Assembly: GCA_009103225.1 (NCBI GenBank)
Contig: RHPI01000797.1
Coordinates: 8,384-72,383 of the forward strand
Length of the DNA stretch: 64,000 nucleotides
From: Chlorokybus atmophyticus
Taxonomy: Eukaryota > Plantae > Mesostigma and Chlorokybus algae
Reading direction: 5' to 3'
Every line of letters begins with the position of its first letter. The first letter of the stretch is position 1. A model generated the notes under the pieces. It was not told the origin of the DNA and did no database searches. It saw only the letters and a list, made by a program, of their open reading frames with translations. Below are positions 12,301 to 24,538 of the stretch, in pieces. The position numbers were made by a program, and so were the translations under genes.

Positions 12301-14789
12301 GTACGCATCAGCTGCATACAGTCTGCTGTCGCAGTCCCAGCCCAGGCAAGGGCGCAACAACACAGCCAGCTCTACCGCAGCCAGCTGCCAACCCAAAGCA
12401 GCCTCAGCTGGGCTGGCAACTTCTTTTGGACACACCACAGCCATTGCGGCCGGTGTAAGGTCGCGTAAGCCTTGCTGAGCATCATGTATGGACAGGCATG
12501 CCTCCACCAGACTTGCCAGCAGCTCCTCCTGCGCAAATATTCCGCGGATTTGAAGTCCACAGCTGTAAGCCCCGATCATGCATGTTGTGCGCAGGCATAC
12601 CAAACAAGCAACCTTGCAAGCCCCGCAACACGTCAAGCCCATGTACGCATGACTTTGTTGATGGTATGCCCTACCCTGTACATAGAGTCTGCCATCGTGG
12701 CAGTCAGTTCTGTAGAGGACTTTCTGTCATCCCAAAGATGCTGAAAACTGGTTTGGGGCGGAGGTAGCTCGCCATGTTGTGAGCTGTCACATGGCAGTGA
12801 TGTAAGTGGCTGTAGGACAAAGCACACTCATGGGGCCAGCACTAGGAGGCGCAGCGTACCTTGCCCAGGCGGCCACACGCCGGCTAAAAGCGATTTGTCC
12901 AACCAACACCAAAATGCGCAGCCTTGCAAACATTGATGGAAGGCCTCGCGTCAGCGCCAGCACCCTGTGTGCAGCCGGCAACTGTGCATGTGCATCCGCC
13001 AAGTGTACGTTCTCCATCACTTTTGACAAGACCACCTCCCTGCCAGCTGCAAAAAAGAGTAAGCAAAACATAGAGTCTGCAGGAGCCTTTGGCTTATACC
13101 GTCACAGGGAGGCCTGCAAAGGTGATCAACTTACATGAGTACTCCGGTCGTTCACAGATAGACAGTAGTGCAACAACTGCCGTAGTAGCCCAATCGCTAC
13201 GGCCCAATGAAGGCAAAGTGCACAACTTAAACAGTGCGACTGCTGCCTCATAAGCCAACGCTGCATTGGATGAAGTCAAAGAGGTCACAAGCTGCTCCCC
13301 AAGGTCTGCGACAGTGAGTGCAAGTTCGGATTGGTTCAGCACCGCCTCAGTATGGGGAACTGAGCCCTCAGTCTTCAACCGAGACACCTCGCCAGAGGCT
13401 TGAGCCCACATGCAGAAAGCCAATGGGTAGCACGTGGCATCCTGAACACTGCTTGGCAGGCACGTATTTCTCTCCAGAATCAGCGCTCTCTTTGACCACA
13501 TAAGCTCACACACTTGCACAGCGGACTGAAAGAGGGCACACTGAGCTCCGCGATCAACCAGCACAGGTCGCTCTGCATTCTCGGAGTCCACCGCTGCAAA
13601 CAGTCGCCCAACACCTTCATAGGCCTTTGATGCTACCTGTGCATTGCTGTCGCACAAAGCATCACCAATCTTGTTCCACCATGACCTAAAGGACGACAGG
13701 TACTATGTAAGTCCTTCATTACAGCCACTGGCTCATTGCATGTTCATGGGCGACAAGGCAAGCACCACACATGCTTGCCTGACACTGTCACCAGTGGTTA
13801 AGGAGTTCCCAGCCAGCTGCAGCACATCTTCGCGTACAAGCAGCCATTTCAATGCGTCTATGGCGACCCTTCGCACTGCTGGACTCTCATGGGTGATGCA
13901 AGCACTGCCAGCAAAGAGGTAAGGTGTAATGACTGGGAAACAAAAGCATCCAACAAGCGCTATGCTGTAAGGATCATGCCTTACCTTACAGCCACAGCAT
14001 GCTCAACATTTCGTATGAACTCCAGAAGCCTTTTGCTTGGGAGCGATGATAAGAATGCAAGCGCAGAGCAACGCAACTCCACTGCTGGACTGCAAATGCA
14101 ACCTTGGTCAACACACGGAAGGTGAGAGTGCATACACTTGCATTCGTGTCTACGCTTGCGCCAGGTGCCATCTATGGCTGAATGCGCAACGGCATGCTGG
14201 TGGTGCTGTTGCAACACATGCAACAGCACTACCAATGTGTGCCGTTGCTGACGTAGCAAAGCTGTGCACCCGTACCTGCCAAGATCGCCAGCAAGTGCGC
14301 TGCATAGCGTGTCTAGGTTGCGGTGTGGTAGGCGGGCAGTGCGTAATATGTCATAAGCAAGGCGTCTTCCTATCAAACTTGGGACATCGCCGTTCACAAT
14401 GACAGCTTCCACAAGATAAGACGCCACCGAGGATGTGTCTCGACCAGCTGCAGCATCATGCAACACAGCGAGAAGCGCTTGCGTCTGCACAAGACAGTTA
14501 GTCAAGCGGCGTATTTGCAATGCACTGGCGCATGCCGAACGTCTCCACGGAATGCTTTATGATCGCCATCATGTGTTCAAACGATGGCTAACAAAGCTGC
14601 ATGCATGGTTTGGCACGCATGTTCGAAGGACAACTGCGCAATGGTTGTTGAGCGCTTTGCATGCCCTTGTAACGCTATTCAGCATCGTTGATTGGGCAGG
14701 ACAAAACGTAGGGTAGGGTTATGCACCTGTCGGTTGCCATCATTGGAGGCAATCTCCGTCCTCACATAAGTCTCCAGAGCGTCCACCAT
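9315..14789 (-). CDS. TPLATE: TPLATE (core subunit of the TPLATE/TSET adaptor complex); multi-exon, 3' end approximate
   Basis: The N-terminus MVDALETYVRTEIASNDGNRQ|TQALLAVLHDAAAGRDTS...RRLAYDILRTARL matches TPLATE (SNDALRQ...QQSAAGRDIS...KKLAFDLIR). Further matching blocks are KAYEGVGRLF, EELLASLVEAC, RPCLGWDCDSRLYAADAY, LTGGSDPLYMEATH, PLTDLLRP, CYAAKTWY and CKLHVRAASE. The final exon and stop between 9315 and 9590 are not firmly resolved. Confidence 0.9.
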
Positions 14790-14890
14790 GGTTGCCACCT
14801 CCCACCCCGCCGCCGCCGCCGCCGCCGCGGGGCACGGCGACAAGCATCCTAACAGAGGGAGGATGAGAACAGAATTCCCGCTTGTGCGCA

Positions 14891-14898
14891 AAACCCTA
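14891..14898 (+). promoter_or_regulatory. Telo-box in the divergent TPLATE / ArsB-like promoter
   Basis: Exact AAACCCTA about 100 bp upstream of the TPLATE ATG, inside the 570-bp head-to-head interval. Confidence 0.55.
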
Positions 14899-15358
14899 AT
14901 TCTTGTGCGCAACCCTGGTAATACGCATATCTGACAACCGTACTTGCAGTATTGTAAATGACTGAGGAAAATATGTCAGCAATACCAAATCACTTGTCAA
15001 TTGCCGCATCTTCTATGATGTGCAGCTGAGTTAGCGTATCAGGTCTGGAGCGGCGGCAGTGGAGTCATGGCCGTGCGGCGGCGGAGATGTATGCGACGGC
15101 GGCGGCGGCCGCTGGGCTTCTTGTGCACCGTCTCCACGGCTTCTCAGCTGTCCATCATAGCAGACAACAGCTAGGAAGGGGTACATGGCAATGACTACAT
15201 GCACGGAACATGCTCCTTCAAGACAGCCTGTCTCGAACAGGCAACCAAGCATTGCCTCAGTGGGAGCAAGATAGATGTAGCTGTATAGAGCATGGGCTTT
15301 GACTACTACTGTTAAGCAGCGTTCGTTCAAGTTAGAGCGTTCCCAGCCGGGCACACAC

Positions 15359-17834
15359 ATGGCTGATGATTTGGCTGGAAGGATTATTTCCCTGGTAGTG
15401 TTTGCTTGTGTGGTTGCTTGCGTGATTGGCGCGCCGAAGTTGCGTTTGCGCTTGCCGTTCCTCGCAAGAACAGGTAGACGTTTCAAGCTAAGATGGAGCT
15501 TCAAGATCAGCTTGCCACTGGACCTGTCTGTCGCACCGCTGCTGGGCGTGGTCGCTCTGGTTGCAACCACCACTCTCAGCCTGGCTGGTGTCTGGCATGG
15601 GATCGCGGGCGACGGCGTCGTCAGGCCATGGGTGGTGAGTCAGTAAACACCTAATGTACAGATACCATTTCTATTGATTCATGCACAGTGGTAAGTCAGT
15701 GCTTGACAGGAAGCAGAGCTTGAAAGGTTGATTGACTCCGGTTGATGCTAACAGTTTATTAAGGCTGTGCAAATTTTGTGTTCCTTGCTCAGTGCAGATG
15801 GCTTGTTGACTGTTGCATTGTGTTTAACCACAAGTGAACTGCCTTTCGCCAATGTGCTGTTGTTTGATTCTTGGGGATGCCACTGCCACACATGACGCAT
15901 GTGTGGCAGCCTGCAGGTCATCATTGTGTTCTTCAGCACAGCATACCTTTGCTTGGCACTGGACAACACCGGCATGCTCAAGTCGCTGGCGTATAGAGCA
16001 AGCAGACTAGCAGGGTCATCCGGACACAAGTTGTTTGCCAGCGTATATGCCATTGCAGCCGGCCTCACCCTCGCATCCAACGATGTGGTCATCCTCACCC
16101 TCACCCAACTTGTGGGTCACCTGGCCAAAAGCCTAGGTGTCTCTCCACTGGCCGCCATACCATTGCAGTTTGCTGAGTTCTTTAGCGCCAATGTCTGGAG
16201 TCAACTGCTGGTTACAGGGTAAGCAAGTTGATGCTGCGGCTTTGCAGGTTGAAGGATGCTGGGCAGCCTTTATAACTAATGTTTGCATACACAGGAACCC
16301 GACAAATGTCATAGTTGCGGACACGTTTCGGCTCTCATTTATTAGCTACATTGCCTGGATGGCACTTCCCACATTAGCTGCAGGCGTGCTAACATTGGTA
16401 ATGCTCTGGTTGTACTTTCGCCGTGACATCAGCAACATGCTGGAAGGGTCACGCGCTGTTGGGGCAGCAGGTGATTGGACACAATGCACAAGCAAGCTGC
16501 ACTACTGTATCTATTACATACTGGAAAGCAAGTGGTCTTTTGTCTTCGCATGTCATCGTTGCTTGCAGGAACTTGCATTTACTGGTTACTTCGCGCGCAG
16601 TGTCTACATCAGATGTGGATGCGGCCATTCCTAATAAGCCGTATGCCTGTTTTGCCATGGCGTGGTTTGTGCTGTGCCTGACCATGCTCGTGGCGACCAG
16701 CTGGGTGCCAAAGTTAGAGATTTGGCATGTGACATTGTTCTTTGCGGGAGGCATGCTGGCCGCAGACATTGTGATGGACATCCGCACATGCTCTGCTAGC
16801 GCTGGTATCGTCCCTGTGCTCGTCTTCTTTTGGAATAACTAGGCATCTGTAATTGGAACAGAGGTCATTGCATTGTTACTATATGCTGAAAAGCTTCATG
16901 AACCTCCCTGCAGGTTCAGCAGCTGCTGCGGAACGGCCTGCTGTAAAGCTTGAACCAGGTCTCGCTCCTGCAGGCGAGCAGGTTGACATTGCTGCAACTG
17001 AACAGGAAGTTGAGCTGGACGTACTGCCAGCTGCATGTGATGACAATTTTGATGAAGAACACGTGCGCAATTCTGGTGAGGCCGGCCTGGCCATGCAAAC
17101 CCACGCCACCAAGCTGCCACCTGCGCGCAGACTTCCGCGCGACTCTATGGCTCTCTCACGCTTGAGGCTGCACAGCATAGCATCCGTTCAAAGCGACATT
17201 GTGCCTGTTCAGCGTGCTGATTGCAGAACTCCTTGGCTGCAGCGCATGTTAGCAACACGCGTCGGGCGTACGGTATCAACAATGCCTTGGAATGTGCTCC
17301 CATTTGTGGTCGGTATGTTCATGATGGTCCAGGCACTTCAGGAGGCTGGGTGGATTAGTTGGGCAGCGCGACGCTGTACTGATGTGGTTGCTGGCAATCT
17401 TGCCGCAACTGTCTTTTTCTTCGGGTTCCTGTCAACAGCAGCTTGCCAAGTGTTGAACAATCAGGTGGGCTTGCATTTGCTGTCATGTGCACGTGTCCCC
17501 TTCCTGCTGGCTGGTCATTGATGAACTCAGCAGTTGGGTTTCGCTGCAGCCCATGACAATCCTTTTCGCGAGGATTATCTCAAGCTCAGAGTTTGTTGTG
17601 TCTACCCAAGAGAGAAGGGCAAGCTTGTTCGCTGTCGCTATTGGCAGCAATCTGGGTGCAAATGTCACCATCATTGGTGCCTTGGCGGGCATCATGTGGC
17701 AAACTTTACTCCGCAAAAAGCAGGATATCCACATTGGATACCTGTCATTCTTTAAGGTCGGAATTGTCGTCACACCACTGGTTCTGGCTGGCACTCTGGG
17801 TGTACTGCTGGCGGAATCTGCTGTTCATGGGTAG
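15359..17834 (+). CDS. ArsB/NhaD-type (IT superfamily) membrane permease, putative arsenite/anion efflux transporter; multi-exon
   Basis: Many hydrophobic segments, with motifs LASNDVVILTLT, SANVWSQLLVTG|NPTNVIVA, PWNVLPFVVGMFMMVQAL and AIGSNLGANVTIIGALAGIMW that are typical of ArsB-like permeases. A long polar loop lies at about 16910-17250. Stop at 17834. Confidence 0.8.
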
Positions 17835-18206
17835 GCGTAGGTCTAGGAGTGAATCGCATTTGATTGATGCGTGTAGGGTTTGTTTGTGACAAGTGTTTGG
17901 CTGCTGCACCAAGTTGGCGCAGCAGCTCTTTGTAGGTGACCCCTGTAGAGCGTTCATTCAAGTTTGGCATATGTGTAAATGGTAATGCTGCAGCTGCTCC
18001 AGCAAGGGCTGAGGTAGAATGTGCAGGACCCCTTGCTCCACTGCTGGACTGCGTGCTGGTAAAATGGTTCTTGGGCTGGTTTACCTTCGCCTGTCTGTAT
18101 ACAGACGAATTGGGAAGTTGCGGGCATACAAGGCGCAGAGGGATTGAACTGTTGGCTGTAGAACGGCAGGGGCAGGCAATGACATAATACAGCTGGCATC
18201 GCTATA

Positions 18207-18284
18207 TCAGATCAAAGCCAGCAAGCATTTTACAAACGCTGGGTGGGGCCCACTACGCGCTCGGCTAAGTGCTACATATAGCTG
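18207..18284 (-). mobile_element. Isolated PIF1/Helitron helicase motif VI fragment with a Helitron-like 3' end
   Basis: The minus strand at 18284-18252 translates QLYVALSRARS. A hairpin follows at 18224-18240 (AGCATTT-TAC-AAACGCT, one mismatch), then CTGA followed by T about 13 nt further on (18207-18210). Confidence 0.5.
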
Positions 18285-19006
18285 GGGAGCAGAGGGAGGC
18301 AAGGGGCCAGGCAACGGCAAAGGTAAAGGATCTGTCAGCATCGCGCAAAGCGGGAGCGAAGCCCTCCACGCCGAGCAGCATGCACAACTTGACTGCTACA
18401 CCCCCTTACGCATACACGCCCATCTGCTGCCCAGGTGGTGGTTACTTTCTGCCCTGTCTTGCTCTGCCCTGCCTGCCTGTCTGCAGCATGCCATGTCCGT
18501 TGGTTGCTGTCTAGCAGGATGTTTAGGTAGCGCAGCTCTGGCTGCCGGAATTTGTCCATCTGCTTGCTTGTGCAAGCCTTGTGTGTGCATGCACACTCTT
18601 GGATTCTTGAGCTGTAGACACAGAAGCCTGAGGTGCCCAAGGAGTTGGTTGCACACAAGGGCCTTGTGTCAAGCTTTGGTGAGCAAGTCTGCATTAGTAG
18701 ATTCGCAAGCACATAGGTGCTCCAACTGTCCTCATGCAATAAACATTATCAGCGGCATGTCCCAACATGCTGTATTTGTTCAAATCCAACCACTTGATAA
18801 CTGAAACATCCTCATACGCCGCAACACATCAGCAATGCTGTATTCTTCATTAACAGTTGGGTGCCCAGACAGCACCGGCCATTGAGACGACTGACCTGCT
18901 TACTGTAAACATAATCCAACAAACTTACAAAATAGCACTTGCATGAACGGCCACCTTCTGTATGTTCTAATCAGTGCTGTCTAACAATGCCAACAATTGT
19001 CCTTGA

Positions 19007-22000
19007 CTATTTTACAAGCTTCAGGGAGCGCATCATCTCATTGTCTTCGTGCTCAGCTACGTGACAGTGCCAGGCGTACCCTATCATTGGGAGCAGAATG
19101 TTATTGAAAGCAACGGCAACAACAACGATGACGACAACAACAACGATGCAACAACAACAACAGCAGCAGCATCAGCAATAGTGCATGATCACTTCACCAC
19201 GCATCAAGCTGACCTGGAAATGCAGTGACGTCAAAAGGGTAAGCCCCACCCCAGTTGGGGGCCCACCTCACAGCCAGCACAGTGAGCTGAGAGGCTTCCG
19301 CGCGCACGGTGTCCTTCCAACCCAACTCAGTTGGGTCAGGTCCAAACTTCGTCCCAACGAGGTACGGCGTGGGATCAGGCGTGACAAATGCGTTGTCCGT
19401 AAAGGGAGGCGCAGCTGCATTGCCATGGCTTGCACGCCATCTGTTCACAGAAGGGAAGTAGGCTTCCGAGTTGTACTTGTTCACATCCATGTACTGCCGA
19501 GAAATCACCTAACACGACACAAAGGTCAGGATGGCGTTTGATGTGCTAAAGAAGCTTGCTTGCAACCAAAAGCTAACCATGACTGCGTGCATGCATGTTT
19601 GCATGCATGCATGCAAACACGCGCATGTACGCATGCCTGTGTACCCGGAACTGTTGCAGTCGTGCCTGCATGCACGCGCATGCATGCACGTGATGGTTGA
19701 CATGAATTCGTGTGTGCACAAGCATAAGTGTGGGGGCGTGCGTGTGGCTGCAAGAATGCGCACATGTATACCTGGAATTGAGCAATGTGCAGATGAATTG
19801 GGTGCAGCATGGGAGTGAGGTTAAGGATCTTCCACACTTCAACGGTCCCGATCTTGGGCACCTCGGATGTAGTGACGTTCCATCTCTTGCCATCCAGCCA
19901 AAAGGCACCAAAACCGCCCGACACAAATTGTGCCGCGAGATGAAGCACCCGAGTCTTGTAAGGCTTCAGACCTGCCATTACAGTAAGTCCTCTTGTCACC
20001 CCCACAAAGAGTCTGCACTATTGTCTTTGCACGTATGTGTACTATTACCTTTGATGTTTTCAATGGGAACAAGCGAGGCCGGCACCACAGACGTGTCAGG
20101 AGAGCTACGGGTAGTGCCAACACGGAACTGCATGACGCGGCTGGTGTACTCACTGGGCGCTGTTGCAAAAGCGGTGCCTGAGTTCGACAATAGGAGTGTC
20201 TTGCCTGCGAACCAACAAACCCACATGAACCAACTAATAATCAACCTGCCAATCACTAGACTTTGCTAGAGAGGCTTGCACCAAGCAAGCACCCAAGGGT
20301 GTATATATGTCTCATAGCAAACCCACAAACCACACGTAAACCAACCCAACAATCACCTGCGAAGCTGGTGAAGTCCACAATGACTTCAATCCTCTCCGCG
20401 GGCGTGAGATTTATAGTGGTGACAGTGATGGGCTTCGCGATGTAGCCCTGGTCAGTGGCGATTTGTATCAGTGAGGGTCCACCACTGCCAAAGGATAGTA
20501 TGTAGTTGCGGCCGCCAACGGATGCGTTGAGAATGCGGAATCGGTAGCGCCTCGGTTCTACTTTGAAGTAAGGCCACAGGCGCCCGTTCACTGCGATGGT
20601 CTTGCCGATCTGCTGGTACGCCCATTTCGGGTGACTGCTTGTGGCACTCTACATGACGAACCGCATGTGAGTGACGTCTAGAACAAGCATGTTATCACTA
20701 ATGTTGAATACGATGCATATAAGCTGCATATACCAACAACTGTTCACACATGTTTTCTTGCGAACATATGTGTTAGCACGCACAGGAACACGCGTATGTA
20801 TGCGCGTGTGTGCGGGCACATGCATGCATGCTTGTGCGCGTGCGTGTGCCCGCATGTGCATATCACATAGCACCAGGCGAGCAGTGGGATCATACCGATA
20901 TGTCATAATAGAGCTGACCATCGCTCGTGAAGGTGATGTCGGTCAGTGACAATACCACGTCGAACCTGCAATTTGCTTGCGTCACTGATCATGTCCTCCT
21001 GATGTTACAAGAGGGAAGGAAACAAGCATTGCGTACTTGCCGCTGGGGACCTTAAGTGCGCGTTCTTTGGCCGGTTCACGAATAATATACGTGCCAGCAA
21101 GCCCCGCATATGAAGCCAACCGGCCCAGCCCGAGTGCATGATCATGATACCTGAGACGAAAAACACCAACATGTGGCCTGTCTGAAAGGAGCTCACAATC
21201 GCAATCACCACTACCGAGGTAGCCTACACGCACCAGAGTGTTGCAGCTTGCTGCTTATTGTTGTAGATGGACGTCTCGCGCCTCCAAGCAGGGCCCGGTT
21301 CACCTATCTTGCCATTTGCAAACTGCACAATGAAGAACAGTTCAAACTAAACCTGGTATGGTAGGTCAGGACCAAACTGACATAACGTAAAGCACATGTG
21401 CGAGTGTGCAGATGTGCAGACATCTAATGACACCACGCGATGTACTGCATGACTGCAGATGCCGTTGTAGGTTGAGTGCGTGTGTGTATATGCAGGCATG
21501 TGTATGCATACGCCCACGAGCGTGCTTATGGTCGCACGCAAGTGTGTATATGCGGACGTGTGTGTATGCATAAGCGCATGCATGCATGCATGCATGCATG
21601 AGCGCGTGTGTGGGTGCTTGCATATATGGTTGCGCGTGCGTGAAATGTGCGCACGTGCACAACGTCTCACCTTAAACATATGCACCAGTGCTTCTGTTTG
21701 TGGGCATGCGTGCTTGCATTTGTGTGTGCTCGCGTAAGTGTCTGTGCGTGCGCACGCATGAGCATGTCATATCTCCTTCACACAAACCTTTGTGAACCAA
21801 GCATCTGGGTGACCATCTGAGACAGGGTCGGTGACGCCGCCGTGAAGATGAACGACAGTTGGTATGCCTGTGTTGGTCTTCGGGTGCGCTTTGTGCAGCG
21901 TCGTGTCAACTGGCAGCCTGTCAAGACATGAGAGAAACAGCATCAATAACACAGTGCACACTGACTATGTGCAAAAGTTGCAACAACTGCTTACAAGTGT

Positions 22001-22578
22001 TTCAACGGCAGATAGTTCCGCCATCTCACAATAAGAGTTGTCCATCGCGTGGCCTCGATGATAGGCCCTGGCACAGTTGCAGAATCCCTTTCTTGTCCAT
22101 AAGCCCAAACCTGACATAACAACCCTCAACTGCATAAACACGGACTCGCCAAATCAACGACGCGCCTTTCCACACGCGCGCAATTGTGCCCGCGTAATAC
22201 TTTTGCTTGCGTGTACAGTGTGCGAGCGCGTGTGAGTGCTTGTATATGCTGTACCGTAGTCACTGGAAGCTGACTGTGAAAGCGCCAAAGAATCTGGTAC
22301 ATGCCAATGTGGAGAGCAGTGCCATTGGTGGGACCATAAGCATGGGGAGGTAGGAACAGAGGGTCCCTGTATGGCGTGAGCTTGGAGACATCAAAGAGCG
22401 TCACAGCCTGCGCAGCTGTTGTACGAAAAAGACAAGTATCTTTACACAGGCATGTGTAATGCGATGCCTGCAACTGCTTGTTAGCATGTAGAACAGCCTC
22501 ACCTGCAGCTGAAACAGCAAGCAGCAGCACCAGCAGCAAGCAAGTGGAGCTTGCTGCTGGCGCTGCAGCTGAAAACAT
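19007..22578 (-). CDS. LPR1: LPR1-like (CotA/bilirubin-oxidase-type) three-domain multicopper oxidase with signal peptide; multi-exon
   Basis: Signal peptide ([14 protein letters not shown]), followed by [17 protein letters not shown] and VWAYG...VPGPIIEA. All four copper-binding motifs are intact: VVHLHGG, W|[13 protein letters not shown] and [15 protein letters not shown]. Also [23 protein letters not shown] and GWKDTV. Stop TAG at 19007-19009. Confidence 0.9.
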
Positions 22579-23299
22579 GCTGTTCAGTGCTGCTGATGAT
22601 GAGGGTGATCCCCTACTTTATCAACCCTGCGTCACAGATGACGTCAAGACAACTACTGGACAGCACAGACTAGACCAGAGCAGCTGCAGTGCAACGGAAC
22701 TGGACAGTACGCACCAGCGTAACCTAGCTGAGCTTCTGCACAAATCTGGTCTTGTCGCCTCAACGCTTCCACTTCAGCATGCGTTAAAGCTTATGTGCAA
22801 TACGTCTCGGCCACCGTCGCCGCCACCGCCGCCGCCGCCATCCGCTGGCTGTTGGTCATGCACTGACTGCTCAGCTTCACCATCCAGGTTACGTAACCCG
22901 CGGTCGCGTTGCGTCATTGGGCGTAACCGGCCCACGTGCAAGAAACGCGGCTCTGCTTGCGCGTCATGATGTTTTGTTGCGCTCCACTGTCATGAACATA
23001 ACCTGCGATTGTCGGCAGAAGGCGCGGGTACCGGTATTACACCAGCATGATGACCATTTCAAGAAAAGCCGCGTTTCTCTAGTTATGATAGGCAGGTATG
23101 GCGGCGCGGTGCAAGGGAAACCGCGTGTGCATGTAAGCATCATGCCGTTTGTGCAACGCGCTTGCAGTCTATCCCCCATAAGAGACTTTGGTTTGTAAGA
23201 ATAATAACCGCTACATTCATGTTGTTGCACAAGACCAGTGGTTCACAGGCAAGTATCGTTGGCCAAGAGAATGGTCCTTGAGTAACAAGACCAGATTCA

Positions 23300-24400
23300 C
23301 ATTTGGGTGAGCTCAACCCTGCAATTGGTGATCTACCTCGTAAACAACATGATTGATAGTTATTTCCTATGAAAGTCCAAACCACAACCTTAAAACGTGA
23401 TTCACACAATGTTAGTATACAAAATATATTATATCTTTATTTAAAAGATGTATGACTCGTCATCATGTATTGAACAGACCCAGGTTTTCGGCAAATGCTC
23501 TTATTGTTAACATGGTTATCAATAAAAGGTTGAGGTCCTCATCATATGAAGCATAAAAAGAATACCCTTGCTGGTGGAATGCATTGCTGAAGTAGAATTG
23601 AATTCTCAACTGGGCAGGAAGTGGCACGTTTTCGGTACATGGAATTTTTCAACAAATCAGTTTAGACACGATCTTATCATGTCAAATCTTTCATCCGATA
23701 ATACGAGTATACCTCGATAATACAAGTATACCCTTACAATATACAATACGATGACTCATATACGAAATACGTTAATAGCGTAAAGCACAAAAATCGAGTG
23801 ATTGTTCATGTGATATGCCGCACATGTCAAATTAACATTATTGAGAATTTAAAACGCATGCGACATGCTTAAGCACACTTTTCAAATAGAGCATGCCGTA
23901 TGCCTTATCAAACTGTAATAAGTTTATATGCGATACAAAAAGTTAATACTTATCAATATCATAATCTTCACAATATAGTGCGCAATAAGTTATAAGCCAT
24001 CAACAATGTTATTTTTATAACAATATTTGATTACGTGTTTTGTACAACCCATCCTCATTAATAATGTTTGTTTGGATCCTTTAATTTGGAAAAAGTAAAA
24101 TGCGACGAGTGTAATCTGTTTGCTGAACCTTGATCACATTTCCCATGGTATATGCATTATTAAGTTGCAATCACGAGTCAAACATAACCGCATGTGCACA
24201 AGTTGTATCGCAACTTAAGTGCACTCCATTTGAAAACCAACTTCAATGCAAAGATCGCTATAAGGCAAACCGCACTGAAGATATTAATAAACCATACATT
24301 ATAGGGTAAGTGCACCACATTTTGAACGCCTAATTAAGGTTAGGTTTTGAAGTGGATTGTTAATTTATGTTTACAGACTGTGGTAGAGTGTTAAACGCCC
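23300..24400. other. AT-rich, ORF-poor decayed segment, probably an old insertion
   Basis: Abrupt drop in GC relative to the flanking genes, with no ORF of 60 aa or more in most of the interval. Origin not identified. Confidence 0.4.
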
Positions 24401-24538
24401 TTGAAGTCCTCTGCCTGACACACTTGAGGGCATATTTTGAGGGTTCATATAAGTCTTCCAGCAGGTGTGCATGTCAGTAGGCATAGGATCAACAGGTGAA
24501 AAGGCTGTTTTAGTAAAGTCGGACGGTGTGAAATTTGT

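Noticed and set aside
14891-14898. AAACCCTA as interstitial telomere sequence
   Set aside because: It occurs only as single or paired units near start codons, not as tandem arrays, so it is treated as a telo-box.
21480-21560. GTATATGC matches to the P1BS phosphate-response element in LPR1 introns
   Set aside because: These are expected by chance in TG/TA-rich intron repeats, and none was seen in the upstream region.
19500-21740. Many Cys/His/Met-rich ORFs (MHAC, HTH, CVC repeats)
   Set aside because: These are translations of CA/TG/ATGC intron microsatellites, not metal-binding proteins. The same holds throughout the window.
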